64,000 bases of DNA from a virus. Below are positions 56,182 through 64,000 of the stretch, piece by piece; positions within the stretch are counted from its first letter, which is position 1, and each line of letters opens with the position of its first letter. The notes beneath the pieces are model-generated. The model was not told the DNA's origin. It ran no database searches and saw nothing but the letters and a program-made list of their open reading frames with translations. The stretch is from positions 1 to 64,000 of IMG/VR virus record IMGVR_UViG_3300045391_002864; one strand, written 5' to 3'. Made by a program: the position numbers and the translations under genes.

Positions 56182-56976
56182 ATGCCAGCCTCGTTCAACC
56201 CGACCATGCCGCCGTTTCCGTTGGAAGCGGTAGTTATCAGTGCGCAGCCGCCGGGCCAGCTGATCGTCTACCTCCCGATGCATGGCACCGGCATGCGCGT
56301 TCCTGTACGCGTGATGACGTCGGGGCCGGACGATGCCCTCCGCACGAACCAGAAGCCCTTGCCGCAGCAGGGCACGCACGGGCTTGTCGTGTTCGCCAAC
56401 GGCGATAGCCGGAACGGGTTTTGGCTAGGATCGTATCCGCCTGGGCTCCTGTCCGCCAGGACGACCGTGCAGAACGAGCCCGACATCACGTACGAGGCGG
56501 CGGACTCCGGGTACTGGCACTACCGAGATTTTACCGGCGCCACGACCACGGCATATCCGGACGGCACGACGATCGTCGTCTCGCCGACTGGCGCCCCAGG
56601 CGCTCCGAACCGGACGATCGTCGAGAACAATAAGCCGGTGCAGCAGACGGTCGAGCAGACGCAGCGCGCGCCCTTGGCAGCGCCGTTCGTCATCAATGTC
56701 AAGACTGCCGGCGGCGTGACGATCGCCATCAACGGCGACACGGTCACTGTCGACGCGTCTCAGGTCATGCTCGACTGCACTCAGGCCACCGTCACGGGCA
56801 ACTTGCAAGTCGACGGCAATATCATGTGTGACGGCAATATCGACGCGGCCGGGTCCATGGTCCAGGGCTACGGCACGGACAACGAGATCAATCTGGCCGA
56901 ACACTACCACGAGGTCGATGGAGTCCAGGGCGGCAGCAGCACGCTCGACACGACTCCGCCGGTCGCGAACACTTGA
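56182..56976 (+). CDS. baseplate central spike (gpV/gp45-like)
   Basis: OB-fold-like N-terminus (LPQQG..GLVVF.NGD), beta-helix repeats (VTGNLQVDGNI.CDGNI), C-terminal HYH apex motif. Confidence 0.8.
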   Translation: MPASFNPTMPPFPLEAVVISAQPPGQLIVYLPMHGTGMRVPVRVMTSGPDDALRTNQKPLPQQGTHGLVVFANGDSRNGFWLGSYPPGLLSARTTVQNEPDITYEAADSGYWHYRDFTGATTTAYPDGTTIVVSPTGAPGAPNRTIVENNKPVQQTVEQTQRAPLAAPFVINVKTAGGVTIAINGDTVTVDASQVMLDCTQATVTGNLQVDGNIMCDGNIDAAGSMVQGYGTDNEINLAEHYHEVDGVQGGSSTLDTTPPVANT

Positions 56977-57026
56977 AGCAGTTGTAAAGTTCGGTTAGTG
57001 ACATTGTCGCAAAGGAGTTTACGACA

Positions 57027-57212
57027 ATGTCACTAACGAAAGATACCGCGCGCGATCAGGAGATCGAACGCCTGAAGGGGCTAGTAAAGGAAGGCCGCGA
57101 GCTTCTGCTTTCGGTGCTTGAGCCGGAATCAAAGGGTAACGCAGCACTCGGGCGCCGCGTCCTGGCGTTCGATCAAGAGGCCCGTGCCGTGCTTGAAGGA
57201 GAACAGGCATGA
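57027..57212 (+). CDS. hypothetical protein
   Basis: AAGGAG RBS between two palindrome copies. Confidence 0.55.
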   Translation: MSLTKDTARDQEIERLKGLVKEGRELLLSVLEPESKGNAALGRRVLAFDQEARAVLEGEQA

Positions 57213-57895
57213 GCCCGCGCGCTGCCTGGGAAACCGCGAAAGAGTCGGCCGCCGCCATCTGTGAGCAGCTGAAGAGGTGGGGCGATAACACCCCTGGAAC
57301 TGGCAACACGAAAGCATGGGCACGCGCGGCCGAAAGCCTCGCACATCAAATTCGCTCTATGAGGCCGCCCGAAGATTTGCCGGCTGACCCGCGCGACGAG
57401 GAGATCACAAAGCTGCGCGGGCTCCTTCAGGAGTTTTGCGACCGCGTCGAGCGCGGCGAGGTTCGCAGCGTGCGGACGTACGCCAAGGTCAAAGAAGCGC
57501 TCGCAAGCAGCACGTCGCCGGACGCTACCGCCCCTGCACACAATCAGGAGATCAATCGCCTGACGCACCACCGCGATCTGCTGGCGAAAGCCCTCGGCGA
57601 TCTCCTCCAGGCGGCTGGCTTGGTCCGTTCCGACGAGCCCGTGTTCCTTACCGGCCCGGAGCTTATCGCGATCGCCGAAGCCGCTACGGAACATTTCAAG
57701 AAGCAGCCCCCGGCCGCGCCCGCAGCGCAAAAGCGCGTGCCGGTGAAGGTCGTCGACAGTGGCACCGATGAATATGCCTACGCGTGGGTTCTGTGCAACG
57801 ACGGCACGATGTTCTTTTACGATCACGAGGACAAAGAATACAACGAGTTGCCGCCGATTCCGCAGCCCGGCGTGGCGAAGGAGTGCGCAGCATGA
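57209..57895 (+). CDS. hypothetical protein
   Basis: ATGA-coupled ORF. Confidence 0.55.
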   Translation: MSPRAAWETAKESAAAICEQLKRWGDNTPGTGNTKAWARAAESLAHQIRSMRPPEDLPADPRDEEITKLRGLLQEFCDRVERGEVRSVRTYAKVKEALASSTSPDATAPAHNQEINRLTHHRDLLAKALGDLLQAAGLVRSDEPVFLTGPELIAIAEAATEHFKKQPPAAPAAQKRVPVKVVDSGTDEYAYAWVLCNDGTMFFYDHEDKEYNELPPIPQPGVAKECAA

Positions 57896-58356
57896 AGCTC
57901 GAAGCGACAATCCGCCGGCTGAAGCTCGGCATCGCGACCCTGGAGAGAGCCATCGCCGAGGAACGGCCGTTCAGCATCCGCTGGTGGAGGCTGGACCGGG
58001 CGAACGTATTTGACACATCAGTTGTCTCCGGAAGGGAAGATCACCCCTGCGGCACCGTATGCTGCGCAGTCGGCCTTATGATGGAAGACCCCGCACATCA
58101 TAGGCAGGGCCTTCGTGAGCGCGATAACTGGCCGGCTTTTGGAAGGCGCGGAGTCGGATTCGAGTCGGTCGCGGCATATTTCGGAATCACTCATGACGAG
58201 GCGATGAACCTGTTCCATTCGGAGAGATATCGCGACGATGACAAAGTCAAGCTCCCGACCGTGCTGAACAAGCTGAAGCGGTTCACGCGCGCCAAGGAGA
58301 AGGCGCTGAAGCAGATGCGGCAACAACAGGCCGACGCGGCGGAGAGTGCACAATGA
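57892..58356 (+). CDS. hypothetical phage protein (CGTxxCxxG motif)
   Basis: HPCGTVCCAVG...YFGIT..EA..LF. Confidence 0.6.
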   Translation: MKLEATIRRLKLGIATLERAIAEERPFSIRWWRLDRANVFDTSVVSGREDHPCGTVCCAVGLMMEDPAHHRQGLRERDNWPAFGRRGVGFESVAAYFGITHDEAMNLFHSERYRDDDKVKLPTVLNKLKRFTRAKEKALKQMRQQQADAAESAQ

Positions 58357-58715
58357 TGCCGATCACGACCAGCCCTGGCGCGCTGCTGATCCTGCTGCTG
58401 GCCGGGCATTTCCTGGCGGACTTCCCTTTGCAGGGAGAGTTTCTAGCCCTTGGAAAAAACCGGAATACGGATATCGGCCGGCAGTGGTGGCCGTGGGCGC
58501 TCCCAGGCCACGCCATGATTCATGCCGGCTTCGTCCTCGTCATCACGGGCTCCGCATTGTTCGCCCTCCTTGAGTTCGTCCTGCACACCCTGATCGACTG
58601 GGCCAAGTGCGAGGACGTAATCGGCATGCATGCCGATCAGGCGTTCCATGTCCTGTGCAAGTTCGGTTGGTGGATCGGCGTGCTTGCCGCCATCGCTCTC
58701 GGAGCGCAGGCATGA
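58353..58715 (+). CDS. DUF3307-like membrane protein
   Basis: GHFLADFPLQ...HAMIH...H..ID..K...DQ..H. Confidence 0.75.
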   Translation: MMPITTSPGALLILLLAGHFLADFPLQGEFLALGKNRNTDIGRQWWPWALPGHAMIHAGFVLVITGSALFALLEFVLHTLIDWAKCEDVIGMHADQAFHVLCKFGWWIGVLAAIALGAQA

Positions 58716-58909
58716 GCCAAAACCCATTGACCGAGATGCTTCGTCCGCATGTGGCTGAACTGAAAAGGCAGTCAGACGCGGGGGACGAGAGTGCGAGACA
58801 GGTTATTACCCTCTACCAGATGTATGTTAGATGCCCAGGCGACCCAGGCGCACCGGCCTTGTGTGAGGAGGCGTTTAACGCTTGGCGCGCAAGGGAAGCC
58901 AGCAGATGA
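58712..58909 (+). CDS. hypothetical protein
   Basis: ATGA-coupled ORF. Confidence 0.5.
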   Translation: MSQNPLTEMLRPHVAELKRQSDAGDESARQVITLYQMYVRCPGDPGAPALCEEAFNAWRAREASR

Positions 58910-59103
58910 GCGAAGAGAAACCGAGCGCGCCGTTCCTCGACGGATGGCACGCGCACCGGACGGGCCTGAAGGGCAACTCCAACCCGCACCATGAGGAGAG
59001 ACAGCCATACTCTCATAATCAATGGCAGGCGGGTTTCAGCGCGCGGCACAGTGCAGTCAAGCACGAACTCAAACCCGAATGGGACCATGAGTTCGGGCTA
59101 TGA
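58906..59103 (+). CDS. Rmf/CrpP-like small protein
   Basis: F.DGW.A...G...NPH...WQAGF pattern. Confidence 0.45.
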   Translation: MSEEKPSAPFLDGWHAHRTGLKGNSNPHHEERQPYSHNQWQAGFSARHSAVKHELKPEWDHEFGL

Positions 59104-59540
59104 CCGGAGCATGTGAAACCATCCTGTGCAACAGCTGCTCGATGCCGGGCCGTTGCTGCTCCGGCTTCAATCTAGGCCGGAAGGACGGGACGTTCCTCGA
59201 ACAGCTTGTGTGGCTTGCGACGATTCAAACTTCCTTGGACGAGAGAGGTGTGTCTCGCAGCGGAGAGCCAGGAGAGAGCGACACCCACGCCATGGTCGGC
59301 CTGCCGTTTCTTCCTCTCTTTCAGCATTCTTGCGGGGACTGGATGTTCTGGTGCCCGCTCCTCGATATCAAGACAGGGCGCTGTTCTGACTATGAGAATC
59401 GCCCGGCCTTATGCCGGTCGTATAAGGCCGGGTCGGACTACCTGTGCATTATGAAGTGGCGCCAGGACCGCGAGAGCGGCAGCTACGTTGTTCGCGACTT
59501 CGACGGGAACGAGAGGGCGCGTATTCCAAGCCCGGACTAG
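59100..59540 (+). CDS. YkgJ-family (CxxC..CC) Fe-S/zinc protein
   Basis: CNSCSMPGRCC, CPLL..GRCSDYENRPALCRSY. Confidence 0.75.
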   Translation: MTGACETILCNSCSMPGRCCSGFNLGRKDGTFLEQLVWLATIQTSLDERGVSRSGEPGESDTHAMVGLPFLPLFQHSCGDWMFWCPLLDIKTGRCSDYENRPALCRSYKAGSDYLCIMKWRQDRESGSYVVRDFDGNERARIPSPD

Positions 59541-60178
59541 ACCGCGCCCTCGACCTGATACCGGCGGCGGACGGGGCGGCGCCGCACCGCGCTTGCCCCG
59601 GCCACCTCCTGCCAGACGTCGAGATAATGGTTCCCATGCACCGCACCGCCGGCACCGCTCTTGAGCCCGACCACCGAGACGCGGCGCACCAGGGCGTACG
59701 GGAAGCCCTCCGCCCCGCTTAGCGCGCCAAACACCGCGTCCAGAACGCCGGAGCGGCCCCAGGCGGCCAGTGTGCGGGAAGCCGATGGCTTCACTCCGTA
59801 CTCGGCCGGCACCTGGGAGAGCGGCACGTTGAAGCGCGCCATGTAGAGGACTGCGTCGAGGAAGCGGCGGTTCCTGATCGCGTCGGTAGGGCGCGGGAAC
59901 AGATCGCGCACCAGGGCGAACTCCTCGTCCGTCAGATCGCGGGCTTCGCGCTTGTATGCGACCCGCGTCGTGCGCGCATGCGGGAAGCGTGGTGTAAGCT
60001 CGCGCTCGCGCGCCCACTCCTCCAGATCGTCGACCGCGTAGTGGTAGCGGTTGCGACCGTCGTGCAGCTTGCAGAACGGCGGCCCTTTTCCGGCCCGGCG
60101 CCAGCGGTTCAGAGTCTCGACCGTCGTCCCAAGAAACGTTGCTGCTCCCGTGGTGTTAAGAAACTTGCGCAGAGCCAC
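59537..60178 (-). CDS. excisionase-like HTH fused to an IS5-type transposase N-terminal (DUF4096-like) domain
   Basis: AATFLG..VETL.RWR..GKGP.F then DLTDEEF..V..LFP...RRFLDAVLY..R...P..YG; no DDE domain or terminal repeats seen. Confidence 0.6.
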   Translation of the reverse strand: MALRKFLNTTGAATFLGTTVETLNRWRRAGKGPPFCKLHDGRNRYHYAVDDLEEWARERELTPRFPHARTTRVAYKREARDLTDEEFALVRDLFPRPTDAIRNRRFLDAVLYMARFNVPLSQVPAEYGVKPSASRTLAAWGRSGVLDAVFGALSGAEGFPYALVRRVSVVGLKSGAGGAVHGNHYLDVWQEVAGASAVRRRPVRRRYQVEGAV

Positions 60179-60190
60179 TATAATTCCTTC

Positions 60191-60397
60191 ATGTCAATTG
60201 AAAAATCCCTCGTCCCTGACGCGGACGAAGCCAAACTAATCGAAGCTGCCGCGCTCGTTGTAGAGCGGATAGCGTCGATCGCAAACAACACCGATGCGCC
60301 CGCGTACATGCGCGCGAAGGCGGCGAACCATCTGCTATCCCTTGGCTTCGGCCCGGTGGCTTCCGATGAAGCGGACGAAAACGAGGGAGATGAATAA
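60191..60397 (+). CDS. small protein resembling its downstream neighbour
   Basis: RAKAANHLLSLGFGP resembles RVAAATAILDRGYGKP. Confidence 0.45.
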   Translation: MSIEKSLVPDADEAKLIEAAALVVERIASIANNTDAPAYMRAKAANHLLSLGFGPVASDEADENEGDE

Positions 60398-60780
60398 TGG
60401 CGAACGCTGAAAAATTTCTGGCCGGCATGCCCAAGCGTAGTACCGCCCTGGCTGATCCCTTGGAGCTAGCCTGCCGCGAACGCATGCTCTCGATGGTGGC
60501 TGTCCTGGAGACCATCGCCCTCGATACGGCTAACGACGTCAAGGCGAGGGTAGCGGCGGCGACGGCAATCCTCGACCGGGGCTACGGCAAGCCGGCCATC
60601 CGCGCGCAGATCGAGGTCAACGGCGGCGGCAACGACAGCGATATCGAGGGGACCATCATCGACGCCAACGAAGCGGCCGACAAGATGATGCTTATTGCTC
60701 AGTACGCAGGAAAAATTCCGTTCGATTTGTGGCCGGACGAGATCAAGGAGATCTCTAAAATGATCGCGCCTCCGGTATAA
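60397..60780 (+). CDS. possible terminase small subunit-like protein
   Basis: RVAAATAILDRGYGKP motif often seen in genes preceding TerL. Confidence 0.45.
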   Translation: MANAEKFLAGMPKRSTALADPLELACRERMLSMVAVLETIALDTANDVKARVAAATAILDRGYGKPAIRAQIEVNGGGNDSDIEGTIIDANEAADKMMLIAQYAGKIPFDLWPDEIKEISKMIAPPV

Positions 60781-60891
60781 ATCAAAGGCTTAGAAGAATA
60801 GGCGAGTACCTTATGGACAATGTCGCAGACGGTTGACAGTTCGACGGCCGCCTGCTTAGAAATGCTACCGTCATTAACATTGTCGATAAGG

Positions 60892-61137
60892 ATGAGTTTT
60901 TTGAGTAACGCCGAGAAAAGGAAGCCGTTCACTTACAGAGTCCCGAATATCGGTGAACTCGCGGCTTATATCGACGAACTGGCGAGTGACCAGCGCAAAT
61001 TCGCTGAGCAGGCGAATACCGTGTCCCATAAGAAAGAGTGCTTGGCCCGTGCCGGTGCGTATGACGACACGGCGAAGATTCTGCGCAACACCGTCATCGA
61101 TGTCCTGCCGACTGCGCGACTCGGAGACGCGGCGTGA
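60892..61137 (+). CDS. hypothetical protein
   Basis: Downstream of a TTGACA promoter and palindrome copies. Confidence 0.5.
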   Translation: MSFLSNAEKRKPFTYRVPNIGELAAYIDELASDQRKFAEQANTVSHKKECLARAGAYDDTAKILRNTVIDVLPTARLGDAA

Positions 61138-61272
61138 CGCCCTTGCTCGTCGTCTGCGGGACGATGGTGGCCGTCTCTTTCTTTGCGGCCATGATCGCTG
61201 AGGAAGCCTGTTCCGCCTGGAAGGATGTTCAGTTGGCGAAGATCAACGCAGGCTACGTGAAGGACGAGACGA

Positions 61273-61503
61273 ATGAACCTCAATGAGTTGGCCCAGCGTC
61301 TGTACGAGGCGCACCAGCATCGCGGCGAGGAGGTCGACCGTGATATCACGGGCGACTGGCTTGCTGTTGCGCATGCCGCGCAGGCAATCCTCCAACCGAC
61401 CGTGATCTTCGCATGCAAGGCCGAATCCGGCATCGAAGTCTGGTACAGCGACGGCCGGGTCGAAATCATGAAGGCACCTGCAAATGCCCCCGTTCCCGCG
61501 TAA
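61273..61503 (+). CDS. hypothetical protein
   Basis: AAGGA RBS. Confidence 0.5.
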   Translation: MNLNELAQRLYEAHQHRGEEVDRDITGDWLAVAHAAQAILQPTVIFACKAESGIEVWYSDGRVEIMKAPANAPVPA

Positions 61504-61825
61504 GAAGGCCGCGCAGGCGGCTCTTTATATTCTGCTCTCGTTTATTGCAGCGAGCACAGTGATCTCCCTCCCGTGGTGGGCGGCTCTGCCGTTCCTGACC
61601 ATCGTGTTTTCGGGAACCTTGGCTGCGTGCTTACAGTAGGTGAAAGCGCATGGCTAAGTTCGTAAGGCACTTGAAAGTTGCCGCTGCGGCGGGCGCCGCA
61701 GTCGTAATTTCTCTAACGGTTGCTTTCGTGGTCGATCACTTTCGCGAACTTGAGTTCGCGACGATTGCCGGAGCGGCCGTTTTTCTCTTCGCAATTCTCT
61801 ATGCAACATTGAAAGATTTTTTCTA

Positions 61826-62395
61826 ATGGCCCAGATCATGTTGGACCTCGAAACGTTCGGGACGCGCCCCGGCGCTGCCATCTGGCAGATCGGCGCATGC
61901 GAGTTCGACCTTCAGAGCGGGCGTCTCGGCCGGGCTATCCAGATCGACGTTGATCCGGGTACATGCCAGCTGATCGGCCTCGGCATCGACGCGGAGACGG
62001 TCAAATGGTGGATGCAGCAGAGCCAGTCGGCTCGTGCCCGCATGGCGAATGCGACGAAGCACGTCAGCGTCGCGCTTAACGAGTTCAGCGAGTGGGTTAA
62101 GGAAGACTCCCAGGTTTGGGGAAACGGCGCCGGTTTCGATCAGGTGCTCCTGCGCGAAGCCTATTTGCGCGCCGGGCGGCCGACGCCGTGGCAGTTCTGG
62201 AACGATCGCTGCTTCAGGACCATCAAAAACCTCTACGGCGTCGAAGCACCGAAGCCGCTGACTCTGGATCAGTACCGGGCACATGGCCTCGTCCTCGACG
62301 GCGATATCGCCTGCGAGTTACATGTCGCGGCATGGGATTCGATCGTCCAGGCGCATTGGCTCCTGAAGATTTTTGGCAAGGATTTGACAGGCTAG
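61826..62395 (+). CDS. 3'-5' exonuclease, DEDDh (Rv2179c/RecE-like)
   Basis: IMLDLET, VWGNGAGFD, RCFRT, LHVAAWD. Confidence 0.85.
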   Translation: MAQIMLDLETFGTRPGAAIWQIGACEFDLQSGRLGRAIQIDVDPGTCQLIGLGIDAETVKWWMQQSQSARARMANATKHVSVALNEFSEWVKEDSQVWGNGAGFDQVLLREAYLRAGRPTPWQFWNDRCFRTIKNLYGVEAPKPLTLDQYRAHGLVLDGDIACELHVAAWDSIVQAHWLLKIFGKDLTG

Positions 62396-62651
62396 TTTCC
62401 CGCTGGGCAGAGGGGTTTTACGGCTCCTCTGCGTCATGTTATTAGTGACAATGCCACTAACGTTTTTCGGGAGGGGATATCCTCCAGACTTGCCGGGAGC
62501 GCTGGTCTTCAACACTTTTCCTCTCTAACCGCGAGCGATCCCAAAAGGCGTTCGTTACGTTCGCGGCATGGGTAAAAACGATCCCCTTAAAAGGTATAGC
62601 GTTTAAGGAAAAGACGCTCCCGCCGTTGGCTCAACTGAAAGTTTAGATGCC

Positions 62652-62930
62652 ATGACTGAATACTTTCCCGAGGGCTGGACGGAAGCGCAATTCCATCTTG
62701 CCCAAAAGCTGTATCAAGAGGGGCTGTCGCTCCGGCTGATCGGTATTCAGGTCGGAAAAACCGGCGACATCGTCAAAGGAGTTGCACATAGGGCGGGATG
62801 GCCGCGCCGCGTGCCGCCGGTCTGCCCCGCCGGTAAGGCACGCGGCTATGACGCGCTTCCGCCCGGACATCCTCTTACCTGGGGCGTGATCTCGAATGAA
62901 TCCTTTCCAACAAGGCGCATTTTCGCATGA
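62652..62930 (+). CDS. GcrA-like transcription regulator (N-terminal HTH only)
   Basis: WTE....A.KLY.EGLS...IG..VG.T...VKG.AHR.G. Confidence 0.65.
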   Translation: MTEYFPEGWTEAQFHLAQKLYQEGLSLRLIGIQVGKTGDIVKGVAHRAGWPRRVPPVCPAGKARGYDALPPGHPLTWGVISNESFPTRRIFA

Positions 62931-63469
62931 CCCGCATCGTTTTTCTTAACGGACCGCCGAGGAGCGGGAAAGACACTGCTGCCCGGCTCATCATGAACGC
63001 CTTCCACGGCGTACAGCGGCTCGGTTTCGCCGATCATCTGAAGCGTGCCACACACGCTGCGTACGGGATGTTCGACATCCCGTTCGATCACTTCGAAGCC
63101 GTCAAGGACGATCCCCGCGAGGAGTTCTTCGGGCTTGCGCCCCGGCGTGCCTACATCGAGCACTCCGAGACCTATATGAAGCCGCTACACGGCCCTCTCG
63201 TGTTCGGTCATCTTTGGCTGCGCGATGCACGCCAGCGCAATGCATCTGCGATCTGCGTACCGGATAGCGGCTTCGCTCCCGAGGCTGGGCCGGGCATCGA
63301 GCACTTCGGCGCCGAGAACTGTACGCTTATCCGTCTGCACCGGCCGGGGCATGACTTCGGCAATGACAGCCGAAGCTATGTCGAGCTTCCAGTGCGCACG
63401 TTCGATATCGCCAATGACGATGACACGGGGCGCTTGCGCGCGCGGCTGATGGAAGTGCTAGCAGCATGA
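62927..63469 (+). CDS. deoxynucleoside monophosphate kinase
   Basis: GPPRSGKDT P-loop, FADHLK, D.GF.PE, F.NDSR. Confidence 0.8.
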   Translation: MTRIVFLNGPPRSGKDTAARLIMNAFHGVQRLGFADHLKRATHAAYGMFDIPFDHFEAVKDDPREEFFGLAPRRAYIEHSETYMKPLHGPLVFGHLWLRDARQRNASAICVPDSGFAPEAGPGIEHFGAENCTLIRLHRPGHDFGNDSRSYVELPVRTFDIANDDDTGRLRARLMEVLAA

Positions 63470-63807
63470 AGCTCGTCATTCTGGAGAGCCCATTCGCGGC
63501 GCCGACTGACGAGCTGATCGAGCGCAATATCGCATTCGGACGGGCCTGCGTACGCGATAGCCTTCTTCACGGTGAGGCCCCGATCGCATCGCACCTTCTC
63601 TACACGCAGCCGGGCATCCTCGATGACCGCGTGCCGGCCGAACGGAAGCGTGGAATCGAAGCCGGGCTCGCGTGGCGGAAGGTGGCCGAGGCCAGCGTCG
63701 TCTACACGAACCTTGGCATCTCGGAAGGCATGCGCCTCGGCATTGCGTACGCAGAGGCGAGCGACATACCCGTCATCTACCGGACACTGCCCGAGGGCAG
63801 CTGGTGA
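63466..63807 (+). CDS. nucleoside deoxyribosyltransferase-like Rossmannoid protein
   Basis: VILESPFA, GEAPIASHLLY, GISEGM..GI. Confidence 0.55.
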   Translation: MKLVILESPFAAPTDELIERNIAFGRACVRDSLLHGEAPIASHLLYTQPGILDDRVPAERKRGIEAGLAWRKVAEASVVYTNLGISEGMRLGIAYAEASDIPVIYRTLPEGSW

Positions 63808-64000
63808 GTGATCCTGCGGCCCGAGAGATACCCGACGAGGAGCTTCTTCGCCGGGCCGTTCTGAATAGTCGCTGTCGGAATTACCGGCGCGGCTTCCGCC
63901 ACCCCCGATGGGCCGCAGTCATGCGCACCTTCGGGCTTGGCTCCTCCTATGCGCGGGAGATGTGCGAGCGCTTCGGGATCGATCCCGACGAGATGGTGTG

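Noticed and set aside
59537-59960. Intact IS5 element
   Set aside because: No DDE domain, inverted repeats or target duplication seen

Overview
A 64-kb segment of a large contractile-tailed (myovirus-type) phage of an alphaproteobacterial host (GapR, GcrA-like and alphaproteobacterial-type dcd genes). It very probably persists as a plasmid prophage (phage-plasmid): RepA with flanking iterons, ParA plus a small partner gene, an 11-bp tandem centromere-like array and a serine resolvase are present, and no tyrosine integrase is visible in the window. Layout: 0.4-6.3 kb holds a GT2 moron, tRNA-Pro and the replication/partition module. 6.3-34.6 kb (minus strand) holds the virion genes: hub, tape measure with SLT domain, chaperones, tube, sheath, neck, capsid, scaffold, protease, portal, TerL and a sigma factor. 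Inserted among them are dcd, an opposite-strand PRPS-like + NAMPT-like pair (NARP1-type NAD+ reconstitution), an Acb1-like 2H phosphodiesterase and a 1167-aa glycosyltransferase. 34.7-40.1 kb holds GapR, a GT9, a structured non-coding region and an HD/NTase/SLOG cluster. 40.5-64 kb (plus strand) holds small early-type genes, including a six-member paralog array, a displaced baseplate spike, a DEDD exonuclease, a GcrA-like gene and a dNMP kinase. Most notable: about 20 dispersed copies of a 15-bp palindrome (AGYGRCAWTGYCRCT), several directly behind -10 boxes; the paralog array; an Acb1-like enzyme bracketed by putative prohead-protease sites; and three glycosyltransferases. All family assignments come from motifs recognised by eye, not from database searches.
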